Shown here: positions 14,615-28,820 of the stretch, piece after piece | Layout: each line of letters opens with the position of its first letter | Numbering within the stretch: the first letter of the stretch is position 1 | Source of the DNA: Octopus vulgaris | Taxonomy: Eukaryota | Assembly (NCBI GenBank): GCA_951406725.2 | Contig: OX597838.1 | Span: 2,232,001 to 2,296,000 of the forward strand | Length of the DNA: 64,000 nt | Reading direction: 5' to 3' | Translations under genes and position numbers: made by a program | The notes under the pieces: model-generated | Seen by the model: only the letters and a program-made list of their open reading frames with translations | Databases searched by the model: none | Told to the model about the DNA's origin: nothing

Positions 14615-15225
14615 ATGTGTATAATATATAAATGTGCATATATATTTGTATGTATATATATATGTGTGTGTGTGTACATAAATATACATATAAATTTATA
14701 TAATAAACATATACAGTCATACATAGACACACGCACAAACACACACACACGTAAACATACACGCACACATACTCACACATGAGTATATACAGAGACAGAG
14801 AGAGAAAGAGAGGAAAAGGAGGCGGGGAGGGATATAGATTATGTTTGAAATTAACCCTGTCCAGTGTAAAATGTTTGTTTTAATTGAAAGAGGTTTTTTA
14901 CGATCCGCTTCAGCCATAAAATCCACCGTTATTTCAATAAAGCCATGTTTAATGTGTATGGAAGTCGAATGGAGGTGCGTCGGAGACGAGTAACGGCATT
15001 CGAACGCACACACACAGAAACACACCCATGAATAGACAGACTCAATTACACATCACAGATATATATATATACGCACTCGCACACACTCTCACTGGAACCG
15101 ATTCACACTTGTATATGTTTGTATGTATGTATGTATATATGCATGTATGTATGCAGTTAAAATGAAATAATAGAGATATTGTGACTAAGACAATGAGGCT
15201 AGGAGACCATAGATAGATAGATAGG

Positions 15226-15341
<116 letters not shown>

Positions 15342-15544
15342 CAGATAGATGGAATATATATATGTATATATATAAAGAGAGAGAGAGAGAAGAGGGAGAA
15401 ATGTTTGATCAATAGGTACATTGATGTGTGCGTGCGTGTGTGTGTATGTGTATTCGTGTGTTTGTGTGTGAATGTAAGTTTAGCTATATCTAAATTGGCC
15501 TCAAATGTTGGCACAATCTCAGCCATTTCGGGAGAGAGGTGGGG

Positions 15545-15705
15545 TGGGGAGCAGTCGGTTTCATTGACCTCAGTATTTCACTGGTAATCATTTTGTCGAC
15601 CCAGAGAGGATGGAGAACAAAGTCAACCTCGCCGGAATTTGAACTCAGAATGCAAAGACGGACGAAATGCTGCTAAACCATTTTACTCCGGGAAGTAGCG
15701 AAATT
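15545..15705 (-). mobile_element. SINE family D
   Basis: 'gtcgacccagagaggatggagaacaaagtcaacctcgccggaatttgaactcagaa...gacgaaatgctgctaa' is the reverse complement of the family D core. Confidence 0.8.
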
Positions 15706-15796
15706 TCTTCCAATGCACCCTTCTGCACCTTGGTTAAATGGCGGACAATCGCAGGTGTGTTACACAAAGCAATAAATCACAGCCTCTACCTCACAA

Positions 15797-16116
15797 GAAG
15801 ATGCATGGCTCAGTGTTTAGAGCGTTAGGTTTACAATCCAAAGGTAATGAGTTCGATTCCCGGACCGGGTTGTGTGTTGTATTCTTGAGCAAAACACTTT
15901 ATTTCGTATTGCTCCAGTCCATTCAACTGTAGAAATGAGTTGTGACATCACTGGTGCCAAGTTGTATCGGCCTTTGCTTCCCTTTTGGCATGGAGAGGGG
16001 ACACTGGTATACATGGGTGACGGTTGGGCTTCCATAAACAACTCTGCCCAGACTTCTGCCTTGGAAGGGGAATTTTCTTGGTGCAATCCAATGGTCATTC
16101 AGGACCGAAGGGGGTC
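15797..16116 (+). mobile_element. Near full-length tRNA-derived SINE family B
   Basis: A-box-like 'tggctcagtgtttagagc', B-box 'gttcgattccc'; colinear with 58370-58707. Confidence 0.9.
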
Positions 16117-16369
16117 GGGTCTTTATAATTTTTTATCCAAGTACTATATCGTCACACAACACCAGCTCCCACCCGGTTTCCGTTTACGAAATTCCAGTGA
16201 CAGGGCTTTGATCAATCAGGAGACATTTGGGCAAAGTATCCCCATTCCAGGGAGGATCAATTCCAGGTGTACATAAAGTAAGAAGTGTACAACTTCACCC
16301 CTAGTGCCACCCTCGTCCCCCTCGCCATGCGTACCCTGTAAAGTATGAAATTTAGTTAAATATTGATTT

Positions 16370-16581
16370 CGAATTTCGACGCAATGCCTACAAATTGGGC
16401 GGGGTGGGGGCGTAATAAGATTACATTGACCCCTAATGTTCAAAAAGGTACTTATTTTAATAACTCCGAAACATAAGGGGCAAAATCGACCTCGGCGAAA
16501 TTCGAGATGCGAACGTAGGAACCTGGGAAATGCTGTTAAGCGTCCTGCTTTGGGTGTTAACGACTCTGCCACTTCACCATC
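16370..16581 (-). mobile_element. SINE family D
   Basis: 'ggcaaaatcgacctcggcgaaattcgagat...aacgactctgccacttcaccatc' is the reverse complement of the family D head and core. Confidence 0.75.
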
Positions 16582-17619
16582 TGAAATATATTGGCTAATA
16601 TACTAATTGAGTGAGAGAAAGGAAGCTGTTAATTAGCTGAAATGGCAGTTGTAATTAGAAGAAAATCTTTAATGTTTATCCTGTGGCTAATTTACATATT
16701 TGAAATAATCGAACACGAATGATACGCCTAGGCACACTCACACATACACACACATACACACACATATGCTCGGTACGTATACATGTTCATATACACAGCG
16801 GTATGTGAGTAGATCGCTCACTCATATACACACCGGTATACACTCTCACGTAAACTCACACACACTTACGTAGACACTCATCCGTACACAAGAGTTCAAA
16901 AACAGGATGAACAACTTATCGAGCTTTATTGTAAATATTATAATACTAAATCAAGGGAGAGAATTTCCTAGTTTGAATTGATGAAAAGCAAAATTGAACT
17001 GGGACAAAGACTGAAGAGTGAGCCGAAAGTGTCCTAAGCGGGGAAATAACTCTGGGCATGGTTCAGCTTATTTAGACTTCTTCATTGGAGAGTAGATTTA
17101 ACTATGATTACCAGATTTAAGAATGAATTGAGAAGACATTTCTTGTGTAAATGCTACTCATTAATTAGGAATTAATTAAAATTGCGACTCGAAATAATTA
17201 TGTAATAGGTGCACCACTGGATTAACCATTTAGCAAAATAAGCACGTTATTAGCGCATCAAAGGATTGGTGGGGACACACCACAGATATAGTAAATGGTT
17301 TACGGCACAAAAGAAATGAATTTAAAATTGTTAAATAATATTAAGAGTAGTGTATATGATGAGAAATATAATTTTGGTGTGTTCATGTTGTCATAGAGAG
17401 GATCTGATTAAAGAAATTGCAATTCAAAAAAGGAGAAAACTTTTCCAATATAAATAAAGTGGAAGTTTACAAAAATAAACATTATTTTCAATTTTATTGT
17501 TAGTTTTCTTTCATTTTGTAAAATATAAATTTATTTTATGGCTTAGGGTCTCGATGGGTCTTAAACAAGCCATGAATATGTGATATATTTATGTAATATG
17601 CAATATATTATCGTGGGTG

Positions 17620-17843
17620 TTGTTGACCTAAAGACAGTCACTATGTGGTAATCCTATCTGCTAGAAGTGGCAGCTACACCTCACTCACATTACAGTTTAT
17701 CGTCTTTTGCGATATATTGCATAACACAGTGTCAGATAAAAGTATATTTAGAAAGACTGGCACTGCTTTGTCATAGCCAGAAATTTACTTTAATCATAGA
17801 TCAGCTCGGCAAGAGCTGACCTGGGGTTAAACAACAACAACAA
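17620..17843 (+). mobile_element. SINE-like repeat (family E) with (CAA)n tail; related copy at 18320-18510
   Basis: The two copies share 'tgctagaa/tgctggaa...gcagct' and 'gctgacct(g/a)(g/a)gg(t/c)t(a/g)aa'; CAA tail at 17831-17843. Confidence 0.55.
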
Positions 17844-18531
17844 GGAAACACGGTTTTATATAATCAGTTGCGTCTCAGAGGGAAAGGTTGTTATGTAAAC
17901 TAGATGAGGTGGATAATGACACGTAGAGGCTATGTGATAAATGGAATATTTGGTTGACTCTGTGATAAACACAACAGCGCCAATAGGTGTCCTACGTGTG
18001 TGTGCGTGCGTCTCTGTCTGTGTTTGATATATAGGAGATACAAGGACGGCATATATATAACAGCCGTGTGATAAATGTTGTCTTTGAAATTGTGTGATGG
18101 AGTATTTCGAGATTGTGTGAAGAAGAAATTATTCTACGGCTAGAAAGTGATGTATTTAGAGGATATTACATCCATGCAATGATATATGAAAGTATGCCAC
18201 GTTCATGTGATAAATAGTGTATTTAACGTTTTCATTCTTGATGCCGTAGATTTACATTTCTAAGATACGAACTTCCTCAACTCTTCATCCAAAAGCAAAC
18301 TTTTTGAAAGCAACTGAGCAGACCTATGCCTGCTGGAAATAGCAGCTCTATTTCCTATAAATCCCATCCTGCTCTCAAGGAAAAGGAAGTCGAGAATCAA
18401 CGGTGTAGCTTTAGATACCATGACTCATACGATCACTGGGATGGTCATTACTGGAGTGCATTTGGTCATAGGCCTGCTAGATCTCAGCTGACCTAAGGCT
18501 GAATAACACCAAAGAGTTATCCCTTAGTATA

Positions 18532-18612
<81 letters not shown>

Positions 18613-18679
18613 AATACATACATAGATATATATATATATTACGTACATGTGTATGTGTGTGTGTATGTAACTATATAAA

Positions 18680-18733
<54 letters not shown>

Positions 18734-19019
18734 CTGTATGCAATGTGTTACCAAAAAGAGAATCGTAATTGTCACTAAATATGACAAGGGTGTTACAATG
18801 CCTACATTGCTAGAAATAAGAGCTAAAGACTCTAATACTGTAGTTAAAGCACATGCTTGTATACATATGGATTACTAGGGAATTAAGTGCAGAATAAGCT
18901 GGATCGAGCGACCCCTAATGACGAGGCTACAGAATTGGCCGAAACCGACCGATCAGGACAAGGATTTCTCGACTGGTGTTTTCGGGTGATTACAATCCTT
19001 GTCAGTACATATGTATGAC

Positions 19020-19172
19020 AATTCGTTTTTGGTGTGTCTACGTCCTCGTAATCTAGCGTTGGTCAAAAGAGAGCGATAAAATAAGTAGCAGGCTTATAAA
19101 GAAGCAATTACTGGGATCGTTTCGATCGACTGAGAAGTCTTCAAGGCGTGCCCCAGCATGATCCCCAAGTAA
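19020..19172 (+). mobile_element. SINE family A 3' half
   Basis: Homologous to 5985-6186. Confidence 0.75.
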
Positions 19173-19989
19173 AAAAAAAAAAGTGAGTAGCGACGATGAA
19201 GATCTGTAAGCCAGGGGAGAATGCTATCTTTTCAAGTGCAGTCAGAAAGGGGTGTGTGGATAGGTGGGTAGATGCTTGGTTGCAGCTAATACGACCAACT
19301 TTGTTCTCTGCTTTCTTGTACCAAATTTCGTTCGAAGGCATTCGTCAGTCAGAGACTCCGGCAGAAAATACTTCTTTAAAGAGTTGTACAGTAAGATGGA
19401 TTCTAGAACCACGTTTTCGGAGAGGAGATTTCTGTCTCACATTCATTGTGGCGTTTACACAAACGCATACATACAATCGCATACACACACACAAACATAC
19501 AAAAACCCACACAAATCCATTAACAAATATTCTATTTATCTCACGCCTTCAGTAAATACTGCTATCTCACAAGTGAGAGATAATCTATTTATCTCTCTCC
19601 CGCACGCACAGCATCTCTGTACAACACACCTTAAGTCATCTTTATCACAATCCTAATAATCAATTGACGTCATATGTCTTTCTCTCACCTCAAACCCACC
19701 ACATTTACCTTTCCTTTACCACCACCACCACCACCACCACTATTAACCCCCAACACCCATCCATGCAATCACACCTCATTCTCTTTCGCTTTAACTACAT
19801 TCTTTCTTTTCTTCGTTCCCGCTTTTCTTTTTCATTCACCTTTTCAGTTTCCTTTTACTTACCTTTCTTTCTTTTTTCTTTCTTTTTCTTCATTGTTCTC
19901 TATCTTTCCTCTTTCTTTTTCCTTTAACTTCTTCCTTTCTTTATCAATGGCTTTTATGTCTACATCTTAATTTTCATTCGCGTCTATTT

Positions 19990-20623
19990 ATGTCATTATA
20001 TATCTTCTTCTTTCTATTCCCCGTCTTCTTCTTCTTCTTCTTCTCCTTCTTCTTCTTCTTCTTCTTCTTCTTCTTCTTCTTCTTCTTCTTCTTCTTCTTC
20101 TCATTCATCTTCTTCTTTCTTCATCTTCTCCATCATGTTCATCTTCTCTCCTCTTCCTTCTTCTTGTTCTTTTTCTTCCCATCTTTATCATCATCATCTT
20201 CATCATCTTTGTCATCTTCTTCTTCTCCTCCTCCTCCTCCTTCTACTTCTCTTCCTTTTCCTTCTTTTTCTTCTCCATCTTTATCATCTTCTTCATCATC
20301 TTCTTCTCCTCCTCATCTTCCTTCTTCTTTTTCTTCTCCATCTTCATCATCATCTTCATTTTCTCTCCCTTTCTCATTTACTTCCTCTTCCTTTTTTCCC
20401 CTATTTCTCCCTCTTTTTCTTCCTCTCTCCTACTTTCTCATTCACTCCTTCTCCTCCTCCTCCATCGCACTCCCACCCTCACACTCTCCCACTCACCTTT
20501 CCCCTTATCTTTCTCCATCTTTTTACCAATTCATTCTTTATGAAACTATTCCCTGGTATATTCCCATCAATCTTTATTTTCCTTTGCTCAACTTATTATC
20601 ATTATTATTATTATTATTATTAT

Positions 20624-20670
<47 letters not shown>

Positions 20671-20700
20671 TTGTTGTTGTTATTATTATTGTTGCATTTT
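19990..20700. repeat. Polypyrimidine (CTT/CCT/CAT)n tract followed by (TAT)n(TAG)n
   Basis: Seen directly. Confidence 0.9.
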
Positions 20701-20995
20701 TCTTATAAGTTTTATATTTTTCTTCATTGTTTCATTAGCATCTTTGAATTTATTAAAATTTTTTTGGTTTTTTTTTTGCAGCGTCTTTCACCGCCCCCCC
20801 TCGCTACCCCCACCCCCATCTCATAGCCATGTTATTCTTTCTTCTGGTTTAAAACTCCATGAAAGAATTTCTGTACTTTTACCCGTATTTTTTTCTTTTC
20901 CATTCCATTTATTTATTTATTTTATTTTATTTTATTTATTTTATTTATTTTATCTATTTATTTATTTATCTATTTATTTATTTCATTTTGTTGTT

Positions 20996-21026
<31 letters not shown>

Positions 21027-21598
21027 TAGTTAAGCTTTTTATTGTTACCAGTTCTTGTAACTTCTATCGCCTGCTCTATTATTCAACACGCTTCTAGTCC
21101 CCACCATCACCACCCACCCGTTCCCTACCACGCTCACCCACCAACCGACCCGACACAGCACATAAATATCGTCACCTCCTCCACCACCACCACCGCCAAC
21201 ACTTCCTCCACCCGCCTCCACTACCACCACCACAACACAGCTAATATAGCTAAACAATTAACAACCACCGTTCTTTGCAATCGTAACTAACTTTGTGATT
21301 GATCGTTTCAATTCTCATCGTGGGACATCTCCAACTCCGAAAGCAGCGACGCAACAGTTTTAATTTCTGTTTCTTGGTTTTGTCTTTGTTATTTTAAATA
21401 ATTATCAAAAAGAAATTTAGATGTTTTCTTTGTTATTTTCTTTCAAGAAATATTCATCCTCTTACTGACGAGTTATTTCCATATTAAATCTATGACCCAG
21501 CTCTTCAACATGGCACAAAGTGAGATACGTAGGGATTTCGATAAACGCAATGAAATATGTTACCCAGTAAAAAGAAAAAAAAAATTGAACAAGAAGAT

Positions 21599-21694
21599 AG
21601 GCGCAGCCGTAGCTGTGGGGTAAGATGCTTGCTTCTCAGGCACAGATTTCTGGGTTCAGTCCCATAACTTGTATTACTGTCTACTTCTATGGCC
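21599..21694 (+). mobile_element. SINE family A tRNA-like head
   Basis: 'aggcgcagccgtagctgtggggtaagatgcttgcttctc...tgggttcagtccca'. Confidence 0.8.
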
Positions 21695-21702
21695 ATATAT
21701 AT

Positions 21703-21800
21703 ATCACCGTGACCGACCAGAGTATCAGATGTTGCTGCACATCGCTGGTCACAATGCGCTTCGCATTGTTTTAGCCTTCAAATGACGCCACCCCGCTGGG
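21703..21800. mobile_element. Structured interspersed-repeat fragment (probable SINE end)
   Basis: Nested complementary segments GACCAG/CTGGTC, GATGT/ACATC and CAATGCG/CGCATTG; resembles a common octopus repeat (recall, unverified). Confidence 0.45.
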
Positions 21801-21902
21801 TGAGAGAGAGAGAGAGAGAGATGGAGTACAACAACAAATAAATACATAGAATAACAGGTAAACCGATGAACAGGTACATAGATAGACAGACAGACAGATA
21901 GT

Positions 21903-21942
<40 letters not shown>

Positions 21943-21943
21943 C

Positions 21944-22044
<101 letters not shown>

Positions 22045-22503
22045 TGGCAGACGAAGAGGATACGCAGATTCAAACACATGCAGATACTTTCGTGTAGTCA
22101 CGTACTTGTGTCACACATACACGAACTCGCATACTTATAATCCTGTATTTACATCGAGCTTCAGCTAACAATAAACTTTATGACAAACAATGTTAATTAT
22201 TTATGATGTTTACTTCAGTTAGCAAATCCTCGTCGTTGAATGTCTGAAAAAAGACAAAGGAAAAACAAATCAAAGATGGCGGTGAATAGTCAGTGATTTC
22301 AACCAATCAGCGGTCGCTAATGGCGACACGTTGACCGAGCAGCCTGTTAAATATTTCACATTAACTGAAAAACAAATCCCCAAAAACGTCATCTGGTTCT
22401 TCCTTCTGCAGACATTAATGTGTGATTTGACCAACAAGTGGAGTCGGTGTATTTCTCTCTCTCTCTCTCGCTCTCTCTCTCTCCCTCTTCCTCTCTCTCC
22501 CTC

Positions 22504-22536
<33 letters not shown>

Positions 22537-22575
22537 ATATATATATATATCTATATCTCTCTCTTTTTCCCTTCT

Positions 22576-22614
<39 letters not shown>

Positions 22615-22625
22615 GTATGTATATG

Positions 22626-22740
<115 letters not shown>

Positions 22741-22853
22741 TTACATATTTAAATATATATATATACATACATAAAGATGTATATAGCTTTATTTATGTAT
22801 ATGCATGTATATATGTATGCCTGTATGAATATTCGTGTGTGTGTGTGTGTGTG

Positions 22854-22897
<44 letters not shown>

Positions 22898-23463
22898 TAT
22901 ACATACATATGTATATAAAGAAATATACACTGATATATTTATATATACACATATACTGCATATATGTGTATGTGTGTGTGTGCGTGCGTGTTTGTGTGTG
23001 TGAATATATATCCGTGCATATATGTGTAATATACGCTCATGAGTGTGTTTGGGCACGTGTACGTATGTATGATTATGTATGTTTTTGCCTATGTGCGTTT
23101 CCTGTTTTTTTTCTTTTTTTGTCAATTTCCAACTGACTCTAGAACAAAGTATAAAAATACAAATTGGAGAGGAAACAGTTATTGTAGCGAGGGGTGAGAA
23201 TACTTTGAGAAGGACTAACAGACAGATCTTAGCACTACCGTTACACACGCGCATATGACATACAAATTATGAATTCACAATTGTCAAAAGCAGAACAGCG
23301 AGATAGCATTTCAAAACACGCATTCAAAGGCTAAATGTACGTTTTCTTTGACATTTATATAACTTCTTCAAGTTAAAACCGGTTGCTAATGATTTTAACA
23401 ATTTATATTAATGTTTGTTTAATAACTACTCGTATTCTTATCTTATATGTATTGAATTTTATA

Positions 23464-23529
<66 letters not shown>

Positions 23530-23798
23530 TATTATGGTTGTCGTTTTGACAAATAAATAAGTTAACATCCTAATATCCTAAAGCTGATAAACCAACTAAT
23601 GTGTTTCTCCATTTTCTTATTTGTAATATAAATTACAGGTAAAATATTTCGTTACCTTCACCCATTTAATACAATAAGTAAGTTTATTGCATTGCAATTA
23701 AAACACTTGTGTATTAATAATTTGGGTATTATACCAACAGTATATTGGATAGGTATTATCCCTTAGTGGGTTTGATCCACAACCCCTAACTTACTTGG

Positions 23799-23845
<47 letters not shown>

Positions 23846-24474
23846 GAGTGAGACAGTTCTCGGGGTTTGTAAATATGTGGTTGAGTGTGTGCATAAAAGC
23901 AGATGCAAGCACCCGAATTCATGTACTGTGTGCATATATCTCTTAAGCGAGAGTGAGTATGTGTAGTTTTTGCCAAAGCTACCTATATCAACCAATTGAA
24001 GTCCCACGACAGATCAAATGCATGCAACGTCCTTCCTTCTAGACGCGGCGATTGGACGAGTGTAGCGTGTGACGGAGCTCGCAAGTCGATGTTGGGTCCG
24101 AGGTAATATATATGATGGATCACAAGAATCACATCTCGCAAAGTGATCCCGTTAATCCAGTTGTAGTCACAACTTTACACTGTCGCCTATCCTTCAATTC
24201 ATTCTGATCTGCAACATTGTCATCTGAGAGGTCACAGACGGAACGCCAAAAAATGTGATTGACAACAAGGAAGTTCGGTGAGACAGCAATCATCTGTGGA
24301 GATGGAGTGTCTGTGTGTTTGTGTGTGTGTCTGTCTGTCTGTGTGTTTGTCTGTGTGCGTCAGGCAGATTTCTACTGCATCACCTGCTACATCTCCGCGT
24401 TGTCGGAATTTGTGCCATATTATGTTTCCTTTTGATGCTGGAGGAATGCAAACTCTTCCCGGGATTGTACTGCA

Positions 24475-24686
24475 TCAGTTATTATTTTTTATATTTTTTA
24501 TCACGTGCTTTCACTGTACGGCAAAGCGCAGCTCTGTGTGCCTTGAGTATGTATTGTGGTATGTTGTGGTGCTCTTACTTTTGCAGTATTGAAAGTGCTT
24601 TACGTAGAATGTGCGTGATGCCGAGTAGAGCTATTTTCTGTCTTATATACATTCGTAAGTCCTGGTGTTTTGGTTATATAGTTTTC
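24475..24686 (-). mobile_element. RLE-type (Dong/R4-like) LINE 3' fragment abutting (TAA)n
   Basis: Homologous to 39807-40010; translates YITKTPGLTNVYK...IALLGITHILRKALS (frameshifted). Confidence 0.8.
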
Positions 24687-24997
24687 TATTATTATTATTA
24701 TTATTATTATTGTTATTATTATTTGCAACTTTAGAAACAGGAGCAGTGATGGCAGCAGCAGCATCATCGACACTAAAAACACTTCAATAAGTCTACCGAC
24801 CAGAAACTCGTCCGTACTTTCAACGCTTTCCTCCGCCAAACTTGAAGTTTAATCGACACGAAATGTTGTAAGCCTCGTTTTGATCGATGGCATTCCCACT
24901 CATCTTATTTGTTATTCCATCCTTTACAATATACAATTGGCTTTACATTTCTTCATTTCTGCTTATATTGTTGTTGTTGCTATTATTATTATTATTA

Positions 24998-25140
<143 letters not shown>

Positions 25141-25204
25141 ATACCGTTTCGTTTCCGATTTTCCTTGTTTTAAGTGTTTTGTACTTTATTATTATTATTA
25201 TTGC

Positions 25205-25252
<48 letters not shown>

Positions 25253-25701
25253 CATTATTATTATTTTCTTTTTGTTTTACATTGTTTTTATTTTCAACTG
25301 ATTCTTACTTATTTTGTGTGGGTGTGTTTGTGAGTGATACTTTCGTAATATAATAGTGTTCTACCCGTATTCGTTTTGCCTTTTCAAAATTCCAAGACAA
25401 AAAAAAAAAAAGAAAAAAAATGAAAATGTCGTTAGGTCTACAGGGAATTTTGTCTGACAAGTCTTTTAGATTTTAGTTTTTTGATTTAAATATGAAACAA
25501 AAAAGAGAAAAAGAAAAAAAACATCGAGCAATCTCTTGCTTGAGCGTGTTGAAGCGGGGCCTCGTGATGGTAATTTTATGAATATTCATGACATTGAACC
25601 GGCTGATAGATGCAAGCACGCATGCAAATATTCATCTGTTTATATGTTATATAGAGCTATCTGTCGAACTAGATAAATATATAAGACTTCCCGCTTCCGT
25701 G

Positions 25702-25760
<59 letters not shown>

Positions 25761-25775
25761 ATAAATGTATGTATG

Positions 25776-25820
<45 letters not shown>

Positions 25821-25956
25821 CTTTTATTTACTTACTTCTCCCAGTCATTTGACAGCTGCCATGCTGATGCATACATACATATACACGCATGTATTTATTT
25901 ACATACGCGCATGCATTTATCCGTCCATGCAAGTATTTAATATTCTATGAAGTACC

Positions 25957-26045
<89 letters not shown>

Positions 26046-26306
26046 TGAGAGAGGGAAAGAAATACATATATATATATATATACCCACATATATTTGTACA
26101 CACACATATTCTATGCGCGTGTGTGCCAGTGTATAATGTTTATTCTTTTGCATGTATGTCGGCGTGTGTACACGAATGTGTGTGAACTCGTACATGGAGT
26201 CCTCAATCTGCTGATAATGATTAGGATTTGTTAATGAAATTATTCATGACACTCTATCGGATGTTTCGCAAACTGAACCTCATGAAACTAAACATATGTA
26301 TATATT

Positions 26307-26358
<52 letters not shown>

Positions 26359-26397
26359 TACATATATAATTTATATAAGTGTGTGTGTGTGAGTGAG

Positions 26398-26601
26398 TAC
26401 AGGCATGGATATGGGTCACGAAGGTTGCTTCCCAGCCACATAGTTCCGGGTTCAGTCCCACTGTTTAGCACCATGGGTAAGTATCTTCTACTATACCCTC
26501 AGGCTGATCAAAGCTTGTGGATGGATTTGGGAGATGGCAACTGAAAGAAGCCTGTCGTATATATATATATATATATGTCTGTGTGTGTGTGTGTATGTAT
26601 G

Positions 26602-26637
<36 letters not shown>

Positions 26638-26866
26638 CATGAATGTATATTTCTATGTATGTGTGTCTGTGTCTGTAACCTCTGCTTGAAAACCGGTGTT
26701 GGTATAGTTATGTCCCTGTAAACTAGCGCTTTGGTTAAAGAAATCGGCAGAATAAGTAACAGGGTTAAAAAATAAAAAGTAATATCGTCTATACATTCTG
26801 CTATAAATTCTTCAAGGTAGTGCCCCTGCATGGCCGTAGTCTAATGACTGAATCAAGTAAAAGATA
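26398..26866 (+). mobile_element. Near full-length SINE family A with internal (TA)n/(TG)n
   Basis: Head 'ttgcttcccagccacatagttccgggttcagtcccactg', internal microsatellite at about 26558-26670, then 3' half ending 'gcatggccgtagtctaatgactgaatcaagtaaaag'. Confidence 0.85.
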
Positions 26867-26870
26867 ATAC

Positions 26871-26901
<31 letters not shown>

Positions 26902-27249
26902 GAGCTATTTCTGTGTGTCCGTCTAGTGGTATGTCTCTCTCTTTCTCTCTCTCTGTGTCTCTTTCTCTCTGTGTGTCAGTATGTTTCGATCGCTTAGTGA
27001 ATCTGAAATCGCATTCATACATTATTTACCAGTCCTGAACACCTTTTATTATATACACAATAAATTCATATGATTAGTCTAGTCTTATATAATGGCTCTC
27101 TCTCAGCATCTCTATGAAAATATACAGTCGATGTAAATGTGAACTCACGCACGGACGTGTATAGATATAAATATTTATGTACCGTCAGCACATCGCATAA
27201 CTTATAGTCACATACACGAACGCATGTGTTTGGCTCATTCCCGCATATG

Positions 27250-27294
<45 letters not shown>

Positions 27295-27572
27295 TTAAAG
27301 AATATATTGATGCATATTAATGTGTATATATATATATATGTATGTATATATGTTTATATATATACACATACATATATATATATATATGCATACATAGACA
27401 CACCCACGCACGCACACATATATCAATGTACAGAGTTGTACAGACACACTGGTCTGGTCCATACATATATTTGCACACATATACACACACGTATCAATGT
27501 ACACAGCCGTATATACACACTCTGCCACACATATACTCGCACACATACTCACACCCACACATGCTTATGTCA

Positions 27573-27635
<63 letters not shown>

Positions 27636-28019
27636 CATCTATGCATACGCACACACACATGCGTACACACACACACACGTATCAATGTACACAGCCGTAC
27701 AGACACACCCTGCCATACATACACTCGCATATGTATTCACCTATATACATATACACCCACTGCACACAAACACCTACTAATAAAATCTTCGTTTATTAAG
27801 TCCAACCACCCAGTCACTTAACCACCCACTCTATCCAGACACCACCCATAGCTCACTCATAATAAATAGTGTATATATATCATGATAAAGAGTGTATATG
27901 TCTCATACATTGACAAATTAATTTCCTCTCAACACTAACTTCAGCTTCTCTTGGACATTTTACTGACAGTCAGTTTCCTACGGGAATCTAGAGTGGTCTT
28001 ACCAGCAGTCTACTGGATG

Positions 28020-28820
28020 GTGCAGCCTAGGGTTTGGTAGTTATTCTGGTGTAGTGAGGTGTGGTGCCTCCTGTTGTGTGGTTGTTATATCGGTGTTGTG
28101 TTGTGTGATTGCTGTCTGTACTGTCATAGTTACTTGGCTCATTATTGAGCGTGATGTGACCTGCGATGAGATAGTTATCGTGGTGTGCTGGAGTGTAGTG
28201 CAATCGGTCTTCGATATAATCTTTCTTATGATAAATGCTGCAGAGAGATGTAGTATTAGGTGGTATGTAATATGTGATTCCTAGTGTGTTAGTTACTGGG
28301 GCGTTGATTAATGTGGTGTGGTTGTGTTGAGAGAGTTACTACTGTATGCTATAGAGTAATGCCATCTTCGGTGTGGTAGTCACATTGGCTGGTCTTCAAT
28401 ATGACCTGCCCTGGGGTAGTACTTAAGTATAACTTAGTGTAGAGTGGCTTGCAATTTGATGTGGCCTCTAATGTGTTAACTACGGAGGTATCGTGTAATG
28501 TAGTATTGCTTCTAGTTACTTCGGTGTGTTGTAGTGTAGTGCAGTCTTCGGAGTGGTAGTTACTGAAGTGTGCTGTAGAGTGGAAATACATGTTGTGTGC
28601 AAGTTGCTGCAGTGTGGTTTGTTGCTGTTTTGAGTGACTGGTGGCTGTTTTATGCGGTGTGGTCGATGAAGCTTGATGAAATGTGTTGGTGTAGTGCTTG
28701 TGGTGTGTGGCTTGATGTACCTTGGTGAGCTGTAATGGAAAACGGTGGGTGAAGTGCTGGGTAGTTTACCGTAGAGCCGTGCGTTGTGGCTCGGTTTGTG
28801 CAGTTGCTCTTGAGTAACAA
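28020..28820. repeat. Decayed pentanucleotide (GTAGT/GTTGT/GTGGT) repeat
   Basis: GT-rich with residual period 5, e.g. 'gtgttgtagtgtagtgcagt'. Confidence 0.6.

Noticed and set aside
16331-16356. TACCCTGTA resembling the miR-10 5' end
   Set aside because: The remainder diverges and no precursor hairpin is seen.
17000-17036. CTGAAGA-GTGAGCC-GAAA-GTGTC as a hammerhead
   Set aside because: Helix III is mismatched and helix I does not pair next to the core.
19315-19355. CTGACGA...GAAA on the minus strand
   Set aside because: No helix I or II complementarity.
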